Assembly (NCBI GenBank): GCA_051362555.1
Contig: CM120642.1
Location: forward strand, 33,914,001-33,978,000
Direction: 5' to 3'
From: Lingula anatina
Lineage: Eukaryota; Animalia; Brachiopoda
DNA: 64,000 nt
The position numbers were made by a program, and so were the translations under genes. Positions 25,181 to 38,398 of the stretch are shown one piece after another (positions within the stretch are counted from its first letter, which is position 1; the number at the start of each line of letters is the position of its first letter). Under the pieces are notes generated by a model. That model made no database searches. It was not told where the DNA came from and worked only from the letters and a program-made list of their open reading frames with translations.

Positions 25181-28122
25181 TCAAGTTACTTTTCCCCCAA
25201 AGGATTATTCATCACTTTATGTGAAGAAAAATCTTGCAATAAAAATATATAGACCTACATAGTTTGGTGCAAAATGTAAGATCATTGCCTCCTGTTTAAA
25301 TACTTCACAACTGGCTATTTATTTAAGGCATACAAATGTGTTATATAATTCTGAGATGTTCATGTATGTTATCATATGTGATAACTTCTACTAAGCAGGT
25401 TATGTTTTTGCCTATGTTAGTTTGTTAGTTAACAGCCTAACTTAAGAAGTTAGGGTGGGTTTGGATAACAAATTAGGAAAAGTGAGAAGTTAGTATTGAT
25501 TAGATTTTGATGGTGATCTATTGATTAATCAATTAATGATAAGAAAAGAGCCACCTCAGCAAGGACCAGCCTGCTCTGAGTGCTATTCTAGTTTTATTCT
25601 GCAATGAATATGTTTACAAAACATCACATTACTTTAAGTGTATCCATGGAGGTTTACAATTTCTAAAATATTTTATTTTACCTCTGCATCCACTTCATCA
25701 TAAGGAGGACTGAAAACCTATGTGTCACTGCATGGGTTCTGGAATTGCAAAATAAAATCAATAATTATAGTTATGATAGTTCAAATTCTCTATTGGATAG
25801 TTCTGACAGTTCATAAATTGATAATTTAACCATGAAGTGCTGGTGTAACAAAAGTTTTTACTTTTAAATTAATCTATAGGTCCATAACCAGGGGAGTTTG
25901 AAGGGTTTGAACAAACCACCCTTTTTGCTGGGGAAAAGGTCCCCTCCAGGTAAATTTTATCTAGGTACACAAAGTTTCATGGTAAAAAAGTCACTTTTTC
26001 AGAAAAAGAACCCCCTTTTCAAACTGCTGGCTAAGGGCCTGATCTATATTACCTTCATGAATTTATTTCACAACTGATGTGTTGAAATTTATCTATTTTT
26101 ATTTGTATATTTGATGGTAAACTTTATTGTTAGAACTTTATGTTGTAGAGTGTTTAATGTGAGTTTGTATCTGCACATGCATACATTTACACATTTATTT
26201 GGTTACATGATAATTATCAGTTGGGTGGTAATTAATGTTGCATAATTTTTATACATGTACTATTGTTTATTACTGAGATATCTGTGTATTTATTCATGTC
26301 TGCTACGTGTAAGAGAACTTAACTTGATTATTAAGTAATAATAAATAAAGTGAAATGACACTGGTGTGCATCAGTACACAAAGCTTACTAGTATGTCCAT
26401 TAAATTGGAATGCTGCATATACTGTGTATGGAAATCAAATGCAGATTACAAATATTGTTTATTTGGGGATAGTTATTGTCATTAATTTGTTTTTAGAAAT
26501 TATGATAAGTATTATTTCATTTTTAAGAAATATATGAATTTAAGAAATATAATCCATAGACACATTTTATTTACTCAAAATATGTACTTTCTTTATTTTA
26601 TCTTTAGAATTAAATTGGAAATTCCTATTATATATACTACCAACAGTCATTATTTTATTTTATTATAAGAAATTTAGTATTGACAATCAATCTTATTAGT
26701 TATGAACTTTGTCAGACCTGATGAATAACTACCAGTCTTTAAGGATATTGTAACCCTTTAATATCATCCAGATACCAAAAATGAAGTTTTTTCTGTATCT
26801 AATTATCAAAAAATGCATCTATCTTTGTGCTGATTTAAAACAATAAAAAAACTTCGAAAATATCAAAAATTCTGTGTTTATATTACTAGTTGCAATGTAT
26901 AAGCATAACAACTCATAGATTTCATCAATTTATCACCTTTATAATTTGAGGCAAGATAGCAATTGATGTTGGGCATAACTACATCCCTGAAGAAGATTTT
27001 ATCCAGAAAATTGGCAGAGTTGACCACAAATGTGTGAGCCACAATCCAGTGCAGTCGTTTTGCTTTAAATGCATTTGTTATGGAGTTATGAACCCCTAAT
27101 TACAGAATTTCATTAATCAAAAGCATTATTTTGCTTTATCAATGATAAAATCTTAACTAAGACTTTTAAGAAAAATTCCTGCAGGGGTTTGGAGTACTAA
27201 ATGATGTCATTAAATTGGTACTGAAATGGTGATCATGGGTGCTCAGATAAAGGAAAAATTTGAGAATTAACCATTTTTTGTTTTTCATCCCAAAATCGCA
27301 ATTATGACATCACTCGTTTTAATTATTTACTCAATGAACACTGAAAAATTATTTATTAGTACCAAAAGAATGAATGTGTAATGCAGTATATAAAGACCTT
27401 TGGGCAAAGTGTGACCATATCCTTAACAATTTTTAATATAAAATTAAAAGTGAAATAAAATGGGTTCATAACAAATTAAAAGAAAAGTTTTTCCTAGTCA
27501 AGAGAATTTACTTGAACCTCATTATTACCAGTCCCAAAGCTTACTATTAGTATGAGATGGACAGTTTTACCAGGCCATTAACAACTCATTCTTAATCTGG
27601 GCATTACTTTTGTACCTCCTGCATACTTAAGACTGACGATGTCTAAAGTTAAGCCCAAGATTTTCATTAACTTTGTCCTAACACAAATAGGTAGTGTTCC
27701 ATTAAATGCAATGTTGCTCCCATTTTATAACAGAAAAGACATGGCTAATGTAGCAGACTAACAGTTTATTTACAGAGAGACAACTAGGAATATACCTTGA
27801 ATTAAAACAGACAAAAATTTGTGTTTATATATATATTATAGTTGTAAACTTGAGCATGGGGTTAACAGATTTTACTCAGCAAACAGCTCCACCTGCTTAT
27901 TTCTTCTACTAGCTGTTACAGTAGTTCATATCATATGTTCATTGATATCCCTTCAAGATTGTGTCCTATCTTCTGGTGGAAAGTGTGCGACATCACAAAG
28001 AAAAAGTATTAGTTATGTGATCCAATAGCACATTATTGCTATTTATGCACTTCAAAGTATGATAATTAAAAAGTTAATTGAGCATGTAAACTTATAATCC
28101 TGTCCAAAATTTTAAAAAATTA

Positions 28123-28161
<39 letters not shown>

Positions 28162-28545
28162 CTTCAAATTCTTAAAATGGCAAGTAATGTAAGAAATAAA
28201 ATCAGACTAGTAAATTGTCATTAGAGCCCTCTTTCAGCTCCCACTTTCAAAGACAAATACAACAAGCACGCTTGAGAATATCGTATCTGTTTTAGTTCCA
28301 ATTTCTATATTGGCACCAACTGATAACTTTCTTCAAATTAAACCACCTAAATGGGCTCTTTGATTGTTTGAAGATCCAGGTAAGCTCTCTTCAATCGCTG
28401 TCAGAGGACAGATTCCAGAGATACATCCGATAACAAAGCCATTGCAAGTCCAAACCTGAAAAACAATCAAAACTGTAACTGCAGCTCATACATGTACTGT
28501 ATACACATGTATAATGGGGGCGTCTCGATAGTCCGAAGGTTCATT

Positions 28546-29098
28546 CAGGCCTACCCAACTACCAGACTCGGCACCTAAGGATCCTGAATTAACCGGTATA
28601 TCGGGCCACACTACCCGTTTTCAAGGTGTGTGTCAGATCGCATTTCGGAGTATCAGCCAGAACACCGACAGGATGAGCCCTGGCATGCTCGGCTGTCACC
28701 TTGATTGGATAGTAAAGGATTGTCGTAAAATCGCTATATGATTTTAAAACCGGGTGCATAAATTTGAAAGCCACATAGATGAACCTTAGACTGCCACATT
28801 AATCTAATACAATGCAAAAAAGCCCTATCAAAAGTGGTTAAAACATTCAAACCGAATGTCGTAGAAAGTCCCCATATACCCCCATAGAGACGATAAAATA
28901 GAGTACTCTAAAGTAAGAGTACAGTTTCAGGTTGTTCAGCCGAGCGTGGATGAGCCCGCAGTCGTGCTACAAAATTTGTTCTGGGGTATGATACCTCGAA
29001 ATGCCATCTGACACACACCTTGAAAACGGGTAGCGTGGTCCGAAATACCGGTTAATTAAGGATCCTTAGGTGCCGAGTCTGGTAGTTGGGTAGGCCTG
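28546..29098. mobile_element. Non-autonomous DNA transposon with long TIRs and 6-bp TSD (possibly hAT-like)
   Basis: ~115-bp TIR beginning CAGGCCTACCCAACTACCAGACTCGGCACCTAAGGATCC. TSD TTCATT, supported by comparison with the empty site in the 31066 copy. Confidence 0.85.
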
Positions 29099-29142
29099 TT
29101 CATTGGTCCGAAGGTTCATTGGTCCGAAAAGTGGTAACATTT

Positions 29143-29290
29143 TCCTTTTTCATGGAGACGATTATAAACACATGGCAGTAAAAGTCTAAAGATACATGTA
29201 TGTCCTGAGTGCCCGTGAGATATGTACACTATCGATGATCTGTACATTGTATGTTAAGGTTCTTTATGATCAATAAACATTCCATTCCAT
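29143..29290 (+). mobile_element. Short retroposon-like insertion; 5' ~80 bp repeated at ~32125-32204
   Basis: Ends in AATAAA plus a CATTC repeat tail, is absent from the 31066 MITE copy, and has an identical block in RBM41 intron 1. Confidence 0.55.
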
Positions 29291-31065
29291 TTTCATCGAT
29301 TTTTTAATTAAGGGTTCATTGGTCCGAAGGTTCTATAGTGAACATTCGGACCAATGAACCTTCGGACTATTGAACCTTCGGACTATCGCTACGGCCCCCT
29401 GTATTAACCCATTACAGTGACGTCATATTTGCTCCGTAACACTCGTCCAGCGGCCATTCTGGAGGGAAAGAACGACGGGGAATAGTAGCGTAAATATAGA
29501 TGAACCAAATAAAATGAAATAATCTTCATATCGTGATCAAGTACACCAAAAGAAAAAGAGTATATACATGTGAAAACTTCAGCTGATCAGCGTGATCAAC
29601 CCATATAAACTCAAGACAGTCCAAAGACATGAAATCCGTGAGACGTGACCTACCCCTGTATCCCAACATCGTGGATTTGTCAGAACCTAGTTCAGTTATC
29701 TTGTACTTCATTTTTCTTGTTCATTGGGTAATAACAGTTATAGTTTTAGAGAGTTTACTGTGTAATCATAAGTTCAACCTTTCATAGAAGCAACTTTTTA
29801 CATAAAGGATAGATATAAGGAGAAATTTGAGCTGACCATCGGGATCAACCCTTACGGACTCAAAGAAGACAGTATGCAGGGTTGTGACAAGAAGTATTGC
29901 TGTCAGATATGATTTAACTGTACATTATGAAGCTGTCAGAAATTATTTCAGCATTCTTGTGCTTCATTTTGGTTCATTAGGAAGTATTTGTAACATGACT
30001 GTTGTTTGAGAGTTCAATATTTTACCATGAATTCAACCATTCACAGTAGCAACATTGTTAGCATTTTATTATTAGTCCAGACCTTCACAGAAGCAATGTA
30101 TTTTTCAAACATATGACATTCAATGTAACATAACAATGTAACATAACAATGTAACAGATCAATTTTCTAAATGTAAATTAACAAAAAAAGGTAACAATAC
30201 TCAGTAGTTATTTTTATTCATATTGTAACTTGCATCATAATACAGTAGGAAAACACAGAATTCAACATTTTTCAAATTCATTTCATTAAGTTCATTCATT
30301 TAAATGGTACCTGAGCTAGAATATATACTTACAAAACAGATTTACTCTTAAAGGTACATACGAACCGAGCATTGGTGGAGCGTGGATTCCCAGTAACACA
30401 TGTAAACCACTTCTACTATATTCTTATATGACTCAAATAAATTTGACGTGCCAAGGGATAAACTGAATAGATCACTCGATCAGCTGTAAAATACCTTTAG
30501 ACTGCTCCTTTCTTTAAATTTATGGTTGTAAATTTAACCTACTTCCGTGACCTACTTTCCTGCCCCATTGACATACAGCTTAGAATGCCAGCAGAAAAAT
30601 CTGTTCAAACATCATTTTCGGGTAAAATTAAACAATGCATTTTGGTAATTTTCTTAGTTATCCTACTTGAAACTGTATGCTGGCATTTGGTTGGTTTTTG
30701 TGACAAAAAATTGACTTTGTATGTATCTTTAACACTACACTAAATCTAAAATCAGGCCACTAACTTCCAAATACACATGACACAGGTAATTGATTTAATT
30801 GGCCCAGCTGAGCTGTGTACATTGTACTGTAGCCTTGACACTAATTGACAATAATGCTAACCAGGTATTAAAGAGGTAGATGACAGCAGATAAAATCCAA
30901 AGAGCACCATAACTGATAACAAATTACACCCAAGGCAATAAGTGAGTATTCATAATGAAAGTCGAAACCCTGCCTGGGTATTTCCACACGTTTTTACAAC
31001 ACACTCTCCACCAAGACTTTTTGGGCACTACTAATATGCAGTGTACGTGCGCTCATATCTTATAC

Positions 31066-31231
31066 GGGGGCGTCTCGATAGTCCGAAGGTTCGTTGGTCC
31101 GAAGGTTCATTGGTCCGAAAAGTGGTAACATTTTCATCGATTTTTTAATCAAGGGTTCATTGGTCCAAAGGTGAATATTCGGACCAATGAACCTTCGGAC
31201 TATTGAACCTTCGGACTATTGCTACGGCCCC
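31066..31231. mobile_element. MITE with 8-bp TSD
   Basis: Inverted ends as in the 28516 element; TSD TCTTATAC at 31058-31065 and 31232-31239. Confidence 0.8.
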
Positions 31232-31854
31232 TCTTATACACCTCGGTCTTTGGTTTTCTACTTTTTTCTTTTATGGTAAAGGCTGCACAGCTGGGTCTTC
31301 ATTCTTTGCTGTAAAATAAATTAGTTTTATCCTTTACTTGTCCGATGAGTCTTGATTCAAAGCCACTCCTCAGTCTCTCCTCCGTTTACGGTTTTCGTCC
31401 CTACACCTTGGATTGTTACCACTGCAGGCAGTCTGTGAACGCTTGTAAAGTTATTTATCTTCTCTCTATCATATACCCTGCAGTAATTCATCATTTTACT
31501 CGGTTTAATATCAAAGAAAACAGAAATTAAATGCTAAATTGTACATGTAGACATGATCATGCGCAGCAGACGATTCCGGTCTCCCTCCAGTATGGCTGCC
31601 GTTTTGATGACGAGGGCTACAATGGGTTAATAATTACAGTGTTAGAGAGGTGGATTTCTAACGCTGATAAAATCGGCATCAATACTAGAAAAGGTCGTTG
31701 CTGGCAATTTCCTGACACTGAATACCTATGCTGATATAATTAAACAGTTGTCAAGTTCAACTATCTACCAGCGTGAGAGATACAGACAATCAAAATTCAT
31801 CATTTTAACATTGGGAGTAATGGACCTAGCTGATTTGTTTTTACCCAGCTCCGG

Positions 31855-31882
31855 TCGTGGCGGCCATCTTGTGACGTCACAC
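31855..31882. promoter_or_regulatory. Putative RBM41 promoter motifs (YY1-like GCCATCTTG and CRE TGACGTCA)
   Basis: GGCGGCCATCTTGTGACGTCAC lies ~100 bp upstream of the RBM41 ATG in locally CpG-rich sequence. Confidence 0.45.
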
Positions 31883-31973
31883 CGACTGTCAGAATGGAAG
31901 CTGACAGTGACAGTGGACCCATAACAGTAACAGTTTAGTTAGGTGGAACACTGCACATCATTATATAGCCAGA

Positions 31974-34900
31974 ATGCCAGGCGGGTCAGTGAATGGTCGA
32001 CCTCTCAGGGAGGACCCGAACTCGTACAGCAGGACTGGAATTCCATGGTAATGCTTCAGTTCTTTAACTCACTGTCATTTTAGGTTTTATTATCCGCGAA
32101 GATTCATAGTCCATGTTAAAAATGTCCTTTTTCATGGAGACGATTATAAACACATGGCAGTAAAAGTCTAAAGATACATGTATGTCCTGAGTGCCCGTGA
32201 GATATTTTGTGGATCCCTATTTTTCAAGGGCTAGACATTTGCCTTGATAATATTGTGCCGCTTTGAGGGGATTTCAACTTTCAATACAATTTTGCCAAAC
32301 GTCTTAGGCTTCGTTCACATAATTCGCGTAATTGCTGGCAGCGCGAGCCAGTTACTTATAGTAACTTATAGTAACTGGCTCGCGCTGCCGGTAATTACGC
32401 CGCGGGATATTCAGTGCACAGACCGTGATCATAAGACATACCGAAAATAGAAAATAGAAAATAGACATTGCATGTGAACGAAGCCTTAGAATTCCTGACC
32501 GTAGCTGCTGTATCTGTTCTGTTCAGTGGTAATCCCAGACGGTACCAGAGCGGGGCAGTGGTCAAAATGGGTCCGGACGCCAGCAGACCGCCACTTTCCA
32601 AGTACGCCAGACTGGACATGCCTGCAGAAGATATTGAGACTGAGGGAGAGAGGCAACTCAAGAGACTGTTGGAAAAGCAGCTGAAAACTGATGTCACTTT
32701 GGCAGAGTATGTGTTTGGTTTGTAAATGGCTAACTTGGTATGGTGATAAACTTTAGAAGTTATGGTCTAGAGAGACTTTTATAGTGTAGCACAAGGGTTA
32801 TAGGGATGTAGCACAAAAATTCATGCGATGTGGTGGGGGGGGGGGGGGAGGGGTAAGGGCTAACCACACTTTTTAGTCAGGAAAAGGTCCACGTTGTCAT
32901 TCTTCACTTTGGTCTACTTTGGAGTCTGTTTAAAAGGAAATGGAGAAAGTCTAGGGTCTAAACTGTAGAACATGCTGGTCAAAATTGAAGACTGTAATAA
33001 ACTTGTTGACAAGATTTTTGTGAGTCATAAAGTACAATTTACACAAAGATGTTGAGGTCAATAACATTTCACAGTCAGATGCGCCAGAAGAAGGTTTTCT
33101 CAGAGGCGACTGTATTCCGACCAGAGTCTGGAGTGACCAGCGGTCAGTTAAGTCTTGACCAGTACAGGACCATCACAGAGAGGGAGACAAGGGCCCAGAT
33201 ATTGAGACAGTATGGACTGAGTGAGGAAGAGGTGCTGCTGAAGATACAGGCTGATACAGGGACCTTACAGGTAGTTATCACTTAGAAATGAAATATTTTA
33301 AGTATAAAATATAATTTCTAGTATGTGAAGATGCTGATATTTAACTAGATTGAACTTAACAAGTAATTTTAACTTTATAAAATGAAATATTTAAAAGTAG
33401 AATATTATGAAAAGTATGTGAAGGTTCCATGGTGATATTCAGCTAGGATAATAAACTTATGGATGAGGTAAAAAGGAAGCTGCAAAGTGATTTGGGACCA
33501 ATCAAACTGAAGAATTGTGAAAGGCCACAGATTTGGTTTGGTTCTGTAATTATATTTACATAAGGGAAGCCAGATGATTTTCAGCATCCTAGTACTAATA
33601 CATACTTTTACTACAAGGAACTGAAAACTATATCGAAAGAAAAAAGAAACTACAAAGAAGGAGAAAAGACCACCCATGGGCAAGAGACTTAATCTACAGA
33701 GTCTTGTAGAAGAAAAATTTCACTTCCAGGTTTTATTGTGTCAAGTTATCTTCATTCCTGTCATTTACAGACTGGCTCTAGTAAACTGAGGATGGCCTCA
33801 GAAGTCAGAGAGAAAAAACTGCAAGAAATAGAGAAGAAAATTGCCCAGAAAGAGGTTGAGCTTTCAAAACCAGACACATTTGGGGGTGAGTAAGATGCCA
33901 TCTAATTTTATCCAAATAATAAAACTGGCTTGTGCTTTAAGCTCTACCCCTTATTTGGATTGCATTCAACATAGGTCCTAATATTTGTCTTATAATAAGA
34001 AAAAAAAGTTTTATGTACTGAAGTGGTGGACTTGATTTGAAAAAAACTTACACTTGTCTTTTATACATACACCCCTACTAAGGTACATTTTGCATATATA
34101 TATATATATAGGCAGTGTTAATATGTGTTTACGTGAGATACCAGTGTCAGGTGCATTATGGCCGTGAAATAAATGCAAATCTTTCACCGAGTATTAAATA
34201 TGAATCCCACAATTCCAGGCACTGCCCAGCTGTCCCGTCAGGCTATGGACCTGGAGAAGGCCATCTCCCAGGACAGTAACAAGGCCAAGCTGACCCAGGT
34301 CCTGGTCACTACTAAGAACTGGACCAAGACAGATTACCCCGCTGACCATCCCATGAACAACCTACACTCTCTCATTAAAGAGGTCAGTCAGGTCAAACCC
34401 AGGATGGAAGGAGGGTATTCTAGAGTTGATGAGGGTTTACTAGGGCAAGGATCAGACGTAAATACAAAAGAAGCTGAGACAGACTTTGAATTCTGTGGGC
34501 CCCTGACAAAGGAGGAGATGAAAAAACAAGAATTACATTCCAGTAAATTGGATCGTGGAGTGTCTGACAATATTGTTGTTACCTGTGATGCAGCAGAGGA
34601 GAGCTGCGACAATAACAAGGTCAAAGGTCAAGGTCAGGAAGTGACAGATCAAGGTCAAGGTTCATCTGATGTTAAAGATGAAGGACAAGAGACCCAGCAG
34701 TCCCTTACCTCATCACGTACACTTGATGTATATGTAGAACCATTGTCAGAAGAACATATCAAACAGAACTGCTTAACACTGGAAGAAATAAGAGCTCTGC
34801 CTCGATTTAACAACTACGAGCCAGGTGAACCCTCACAGGTAACCCTCATTACCCACACCACATTTAATGTATAGAAAGTTAATTAGTTTATTAAAATTAA

Positions 34901-35181
34901 GGTTGATTATTAAATGTCACAAACAGAATACAGTAGCGTAGGTGAAAAGGATGTGTCTTAGACTAAGAGGAAAGGCACTGTCATTTTGAGGTGAATACAG
35001 TTTTAATGTTGGTCCTCTGATTTCAGACTCTGTATTTGAAGAACTTGCCCCCGTCTGTGGAGGAGAAGGACCTAGTGGCACTGTTTGTTCGCTTCCAGAA
35101 TCCTGCTGGACCTAGAATTATCTTCAGACTCTTTAAGCACAGGAAGATGAAAGGACAGGCATTTGTTACATTTGACAGTAA

Positions 35182-35212
<31 letters not shown>

Positions 35213-35389
35213 ACTCACACACACACTACAGATGATTAGATTTTTGCTGTGAGCAAGTATTTAAAGATGAAAGCATTGCTGTTTCTAGGTGCTGAAACTG
35301 CTGGCCATGCCTTGTCTGTAGTGAATGGTTACAATCTGAAGGGCAAGCCTGTCATTATACAGTATGGGAAGAAAAAAGATGTCACCTGA
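31974..35389 (+). CDS. RBM41: RNA-binding protein 41 (C-terminal RRM)
   Basis: Seven phase-consistent exons: 31974-32047, 32527-32706, 33075-33270, 33771-33885, 34219-34838, 35027-35177, 35289-35389. Motifs ETEGERQLKRLLEKQLKTDV and IRALPRFNNYEPGEPSQTLYLKNL..DLVALFVRFQ..MKGQAFVTF..VNGYNLKGKPVIIQYGK. Confidence 0.9.
32307..32485. mobile_element. PIF/Harbinger-type MITE with internal hairpin
   Basis: TIR GGCTTCGTTCACAT, 3-bp TSD TTA, and an internal 31-bp stem at 32326-32400. Confidence 0.75.
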
Positions 35390-36088
35390 AGGTCATACAG
35401 TGCCATTGGTTGTGGAAATTTCACACACAAGGCATTAGAAACCCCATGGGGCTGGCTGCTATGCCAAGACATGCCTTCCAAGTCCAAGGTCACCCGAAGG
35501 CCATGAAGTGAAGGTCATTCTGAGTCCAAGGTCGTTGACATTGCCAGGTGAAGGTCATTAAAGATGAAATGATGGACTTGACAAGATGGGTGAAGGACAT
35601 ACAAGGTGTGAAATAAATGGGAATGTGTATAAGACAACAAGTCCAGGTGAAATACACTCAATTGTTTTGCATCAAGTCCGTTAAACAGTGCTTTAACTTA
35701 GCATATTCTGCTTTAGCAAGAAGTTTCATTATACAGATCATGAAGCATTATACATATTAATTTGTACAATGCTGCTATATTTCTGCTATGTAGAAATTCG
35801 GTTGAGAATACCAGCTGTCATTGACATTGTGTTAAAAAATATCACTTTCAGTGTGAGATTGTGACAAATACGTACTACTACTTGGCACAGTATTGTGTTT
35901 AATGGGAATTCTACATAATTCAGTTATGGTACTATAAAATTCAAATACCATTTGTCTGTCATTTACATGTCATTAAATCTCATCTTGTACTCAGTGTCAA
36001 TAAATGAACATTTAAACATGAAATTGTTGAAAATTTGGCTATGTGACATTCTTCTCCAGATGCAAGATTTCATAGAAGAAAAATAACT

Positions 36089-37951
36089 TTTTATGTACAG
36101 ACACAGATGTGTCTGTACATATAGCCATCATCTGCGTCTGTCGACGCCGTCGTCGTCGCCGTCGTCGCCGTGCACTTTTACCGATAACACGATAAGTGGA
36201 AAACCATTTTACCTTTTGACTTGAAACTTGCAGAACTGATGAATATTCATAATACGCAGGTCAAGTTCGAAAATCAGCATGATCGGGTCACTTTTAGGGA
36301 ATTTATGCTGTTTTTTCACTTTTTTCAGCATATATGCAGCACCGATAACACGATAAGTGGAAAACCATTTTACCTTTTGCCTTGAAACTTACAGAACTGA
36401 TGAATATTCATAATACGCAGGTCAAGTTCGAAAATCAGCATGATCGGGTCACTTTTAGGGAATTTATGCTGTTTTTTCACTTTTTTCAGCAGATATGCAG
36501 CACCGATAACACGATATGTGGAAAACCATTTTACCTTTTGACTTGAAACTTACAGAACTGATGAATATTCATAATACGCAGGTCAAGTTCGAAAATCAGC
36601 ATGATTGGGCCATTTTTAGGGAATTTATGCTGTTTTTTCACTATTTTCAATATAAATACAACACTGATAACACAATATAAGAAAAACGGACTGGCCAATT
36701 GTAATCATACTCACAGGAGTGGTCAATCTTACTAAAACGCAGGTTGAGTTCGAAAATCAGCATAATCAGGCCATTATTTTAGAAGTTATACTGTTTTTCA
36801 CATTTCCTCAGATTCAATTATTAGGCATGTTAACAGTCTCATTATTTAACTAATAAGATGCCTAAAAGTGTTTGTTTGATATTTCCTGCATCTTTACAAC
36901 ATTGTTAGTTGATTATGTAAAAAACATGGTAAACTTGTTATCATGTATTGTGTAATCAAGTGTCAAAAATGGAAATAAACTCATATCATTGCAGTTTGTC
37001 AGATTCAATCATCCACTATGTTCAGAATCTCAGAATGGAGGAAATTGGACATTTAACACTGTTCTATTGATACTTTTCCCAACTCATCAATTTTCTTAGT
37101 TGGTCATATAAAATGGCAGTAAAATGTTTATTTTGTTTTATGTTAAAAAAGTGTTAAAAAAGGAAATAAACCCATTTCAGAACAGTGCTGTCTTGTTTAC
37201 ATTTTGGCATTTTCAAGGCGTGACTTTGAAGTTCCATGGGCCTGAAGACCTTTGCTAGTCACATTTTCTGAATATCTGTGAAACAGATATTTTATAGTTA
37301 AAAATTGATGGTCATTAAGCTGTTAAACATTATGTAATATTGCATCAAAATTTGAAGAAACCCCTATTTTGGGCACTGCTTCCATGATGACCATTTAAGG
37401 AAAATCATGTCACTTACTGTTCTCAAACTTACAGGAAAGAAACATGGGACTAAAATACAGCTTCAGTAGGCAATGCAGTCTGTTTGGTATTTTTATTTAT
37501 TTATTTATTTATTTTGGCAGTTAAACAGTTTTTTGTGAAAATTTAATTTTTCACATATTGGCATTTTCAAGGTGTGACTTTAAAGTTCCATGATCTTGAA
37601 GACTTTTGCTTGTCACATTTTCTGAATGTCCATGTTACTAATATTTTATTAATAACATTTGATTGTCATTATGCTGTTAAACATTATGTAATGTTGCATC
37701 AAAATTTGAAGAAACCCCTATTTTGGGCACTGCTCCTATGATGACCATTTAAGGGAAATCATGTCACTTACTGTTCTCAAACTTACAGGAAAGAAACATG
37801 GGTCTAACATACAGCTTCAATAGGCAACGCAGTCTGTTTGGTAAATTTTTCTGGCAATTTAACAGTTTTTTGTGAAAATTTAATTTTTCACTTATTTGCG
37901 TCTTTATTTTCTGTTCTTTGTCTGTACATTTGACAGCTTTGCTGCCTTGTT
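36089..37951 (+). mobile_element. Helentron-associated (HINE/DINE-1/pearl-like) non-autonomous element
   Basis: 5' T-run plus hairpin ATGTACAGACACAGATGTGTCTGTACAT, a (GTC)n microsatellite, ~160-bp internal tandem units, and a 3' TCTGTACAT subterminal repeat with stem-loop GACAGCTTTGCTGCC. Homologous inverted copies lie at 54532-57226. Confidence 0.75.
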
Positions 37952-38398
37952 CAATGTTACATCTCAACAATATTCTGTTCACAAAAGTATGTATTTGTTT
38001 GCAAATAAAAACAAATCTTTTCAACAATATTTTTAAGTCAAAATTAAAGTTGTCTTTTTAATCATTAAGTAACTAACAAAATTCACTTGTCAAGATAACA
38101 GTTAAAAATGCAATGAATTGGTGGTATGTAAACATTCTAAATACAGAAAATGTCTTCTGTTTAGTTGTTATAGACCAAATATGTATTTTTCCACAAATAT
38201 GGTAGAAGCAAAACTGCTTTATCCCTCTTATAATCCATTCCACCTACAGGTGTGTAACCAGTGCAGACTTTGATCTACAACAAACCAATTGAGTTTCTTT
38301 ACTACAAACAATGTCATCAAAAATTGAAAATTTTATAGAATTGCAAATAACATTTAAGTAAAATCAAATGGCAATGCAATAAATCTTTTCTCATTTTG

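Larger units (their letters stand above)
28516..29399. mobile_element. GGGG..CCCC MITE carrying two nested insertions
   Basis: Ends GGGGCGTCTCGATAGTCCGAAGG and CCTTCGGACTATCGCTACGGCCCC. An uninterrupted copy lies at 31066-31231. Confidence 0.8.
13521..29920 (-). pseudogene. Relic exons of an unidentified spliced gene (tentative)
   Basis: AG/GT-bounded, phase-compatible segments 25738-25682, 24134-24059 (one TAA) and 13637-13521. Further stop-containing coding-like stretches lie near 26.9-27.1, 27.9, 28.2-28.5 and 29.5-29.9 kb. No protein family recognised. Confidence 0.35.
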
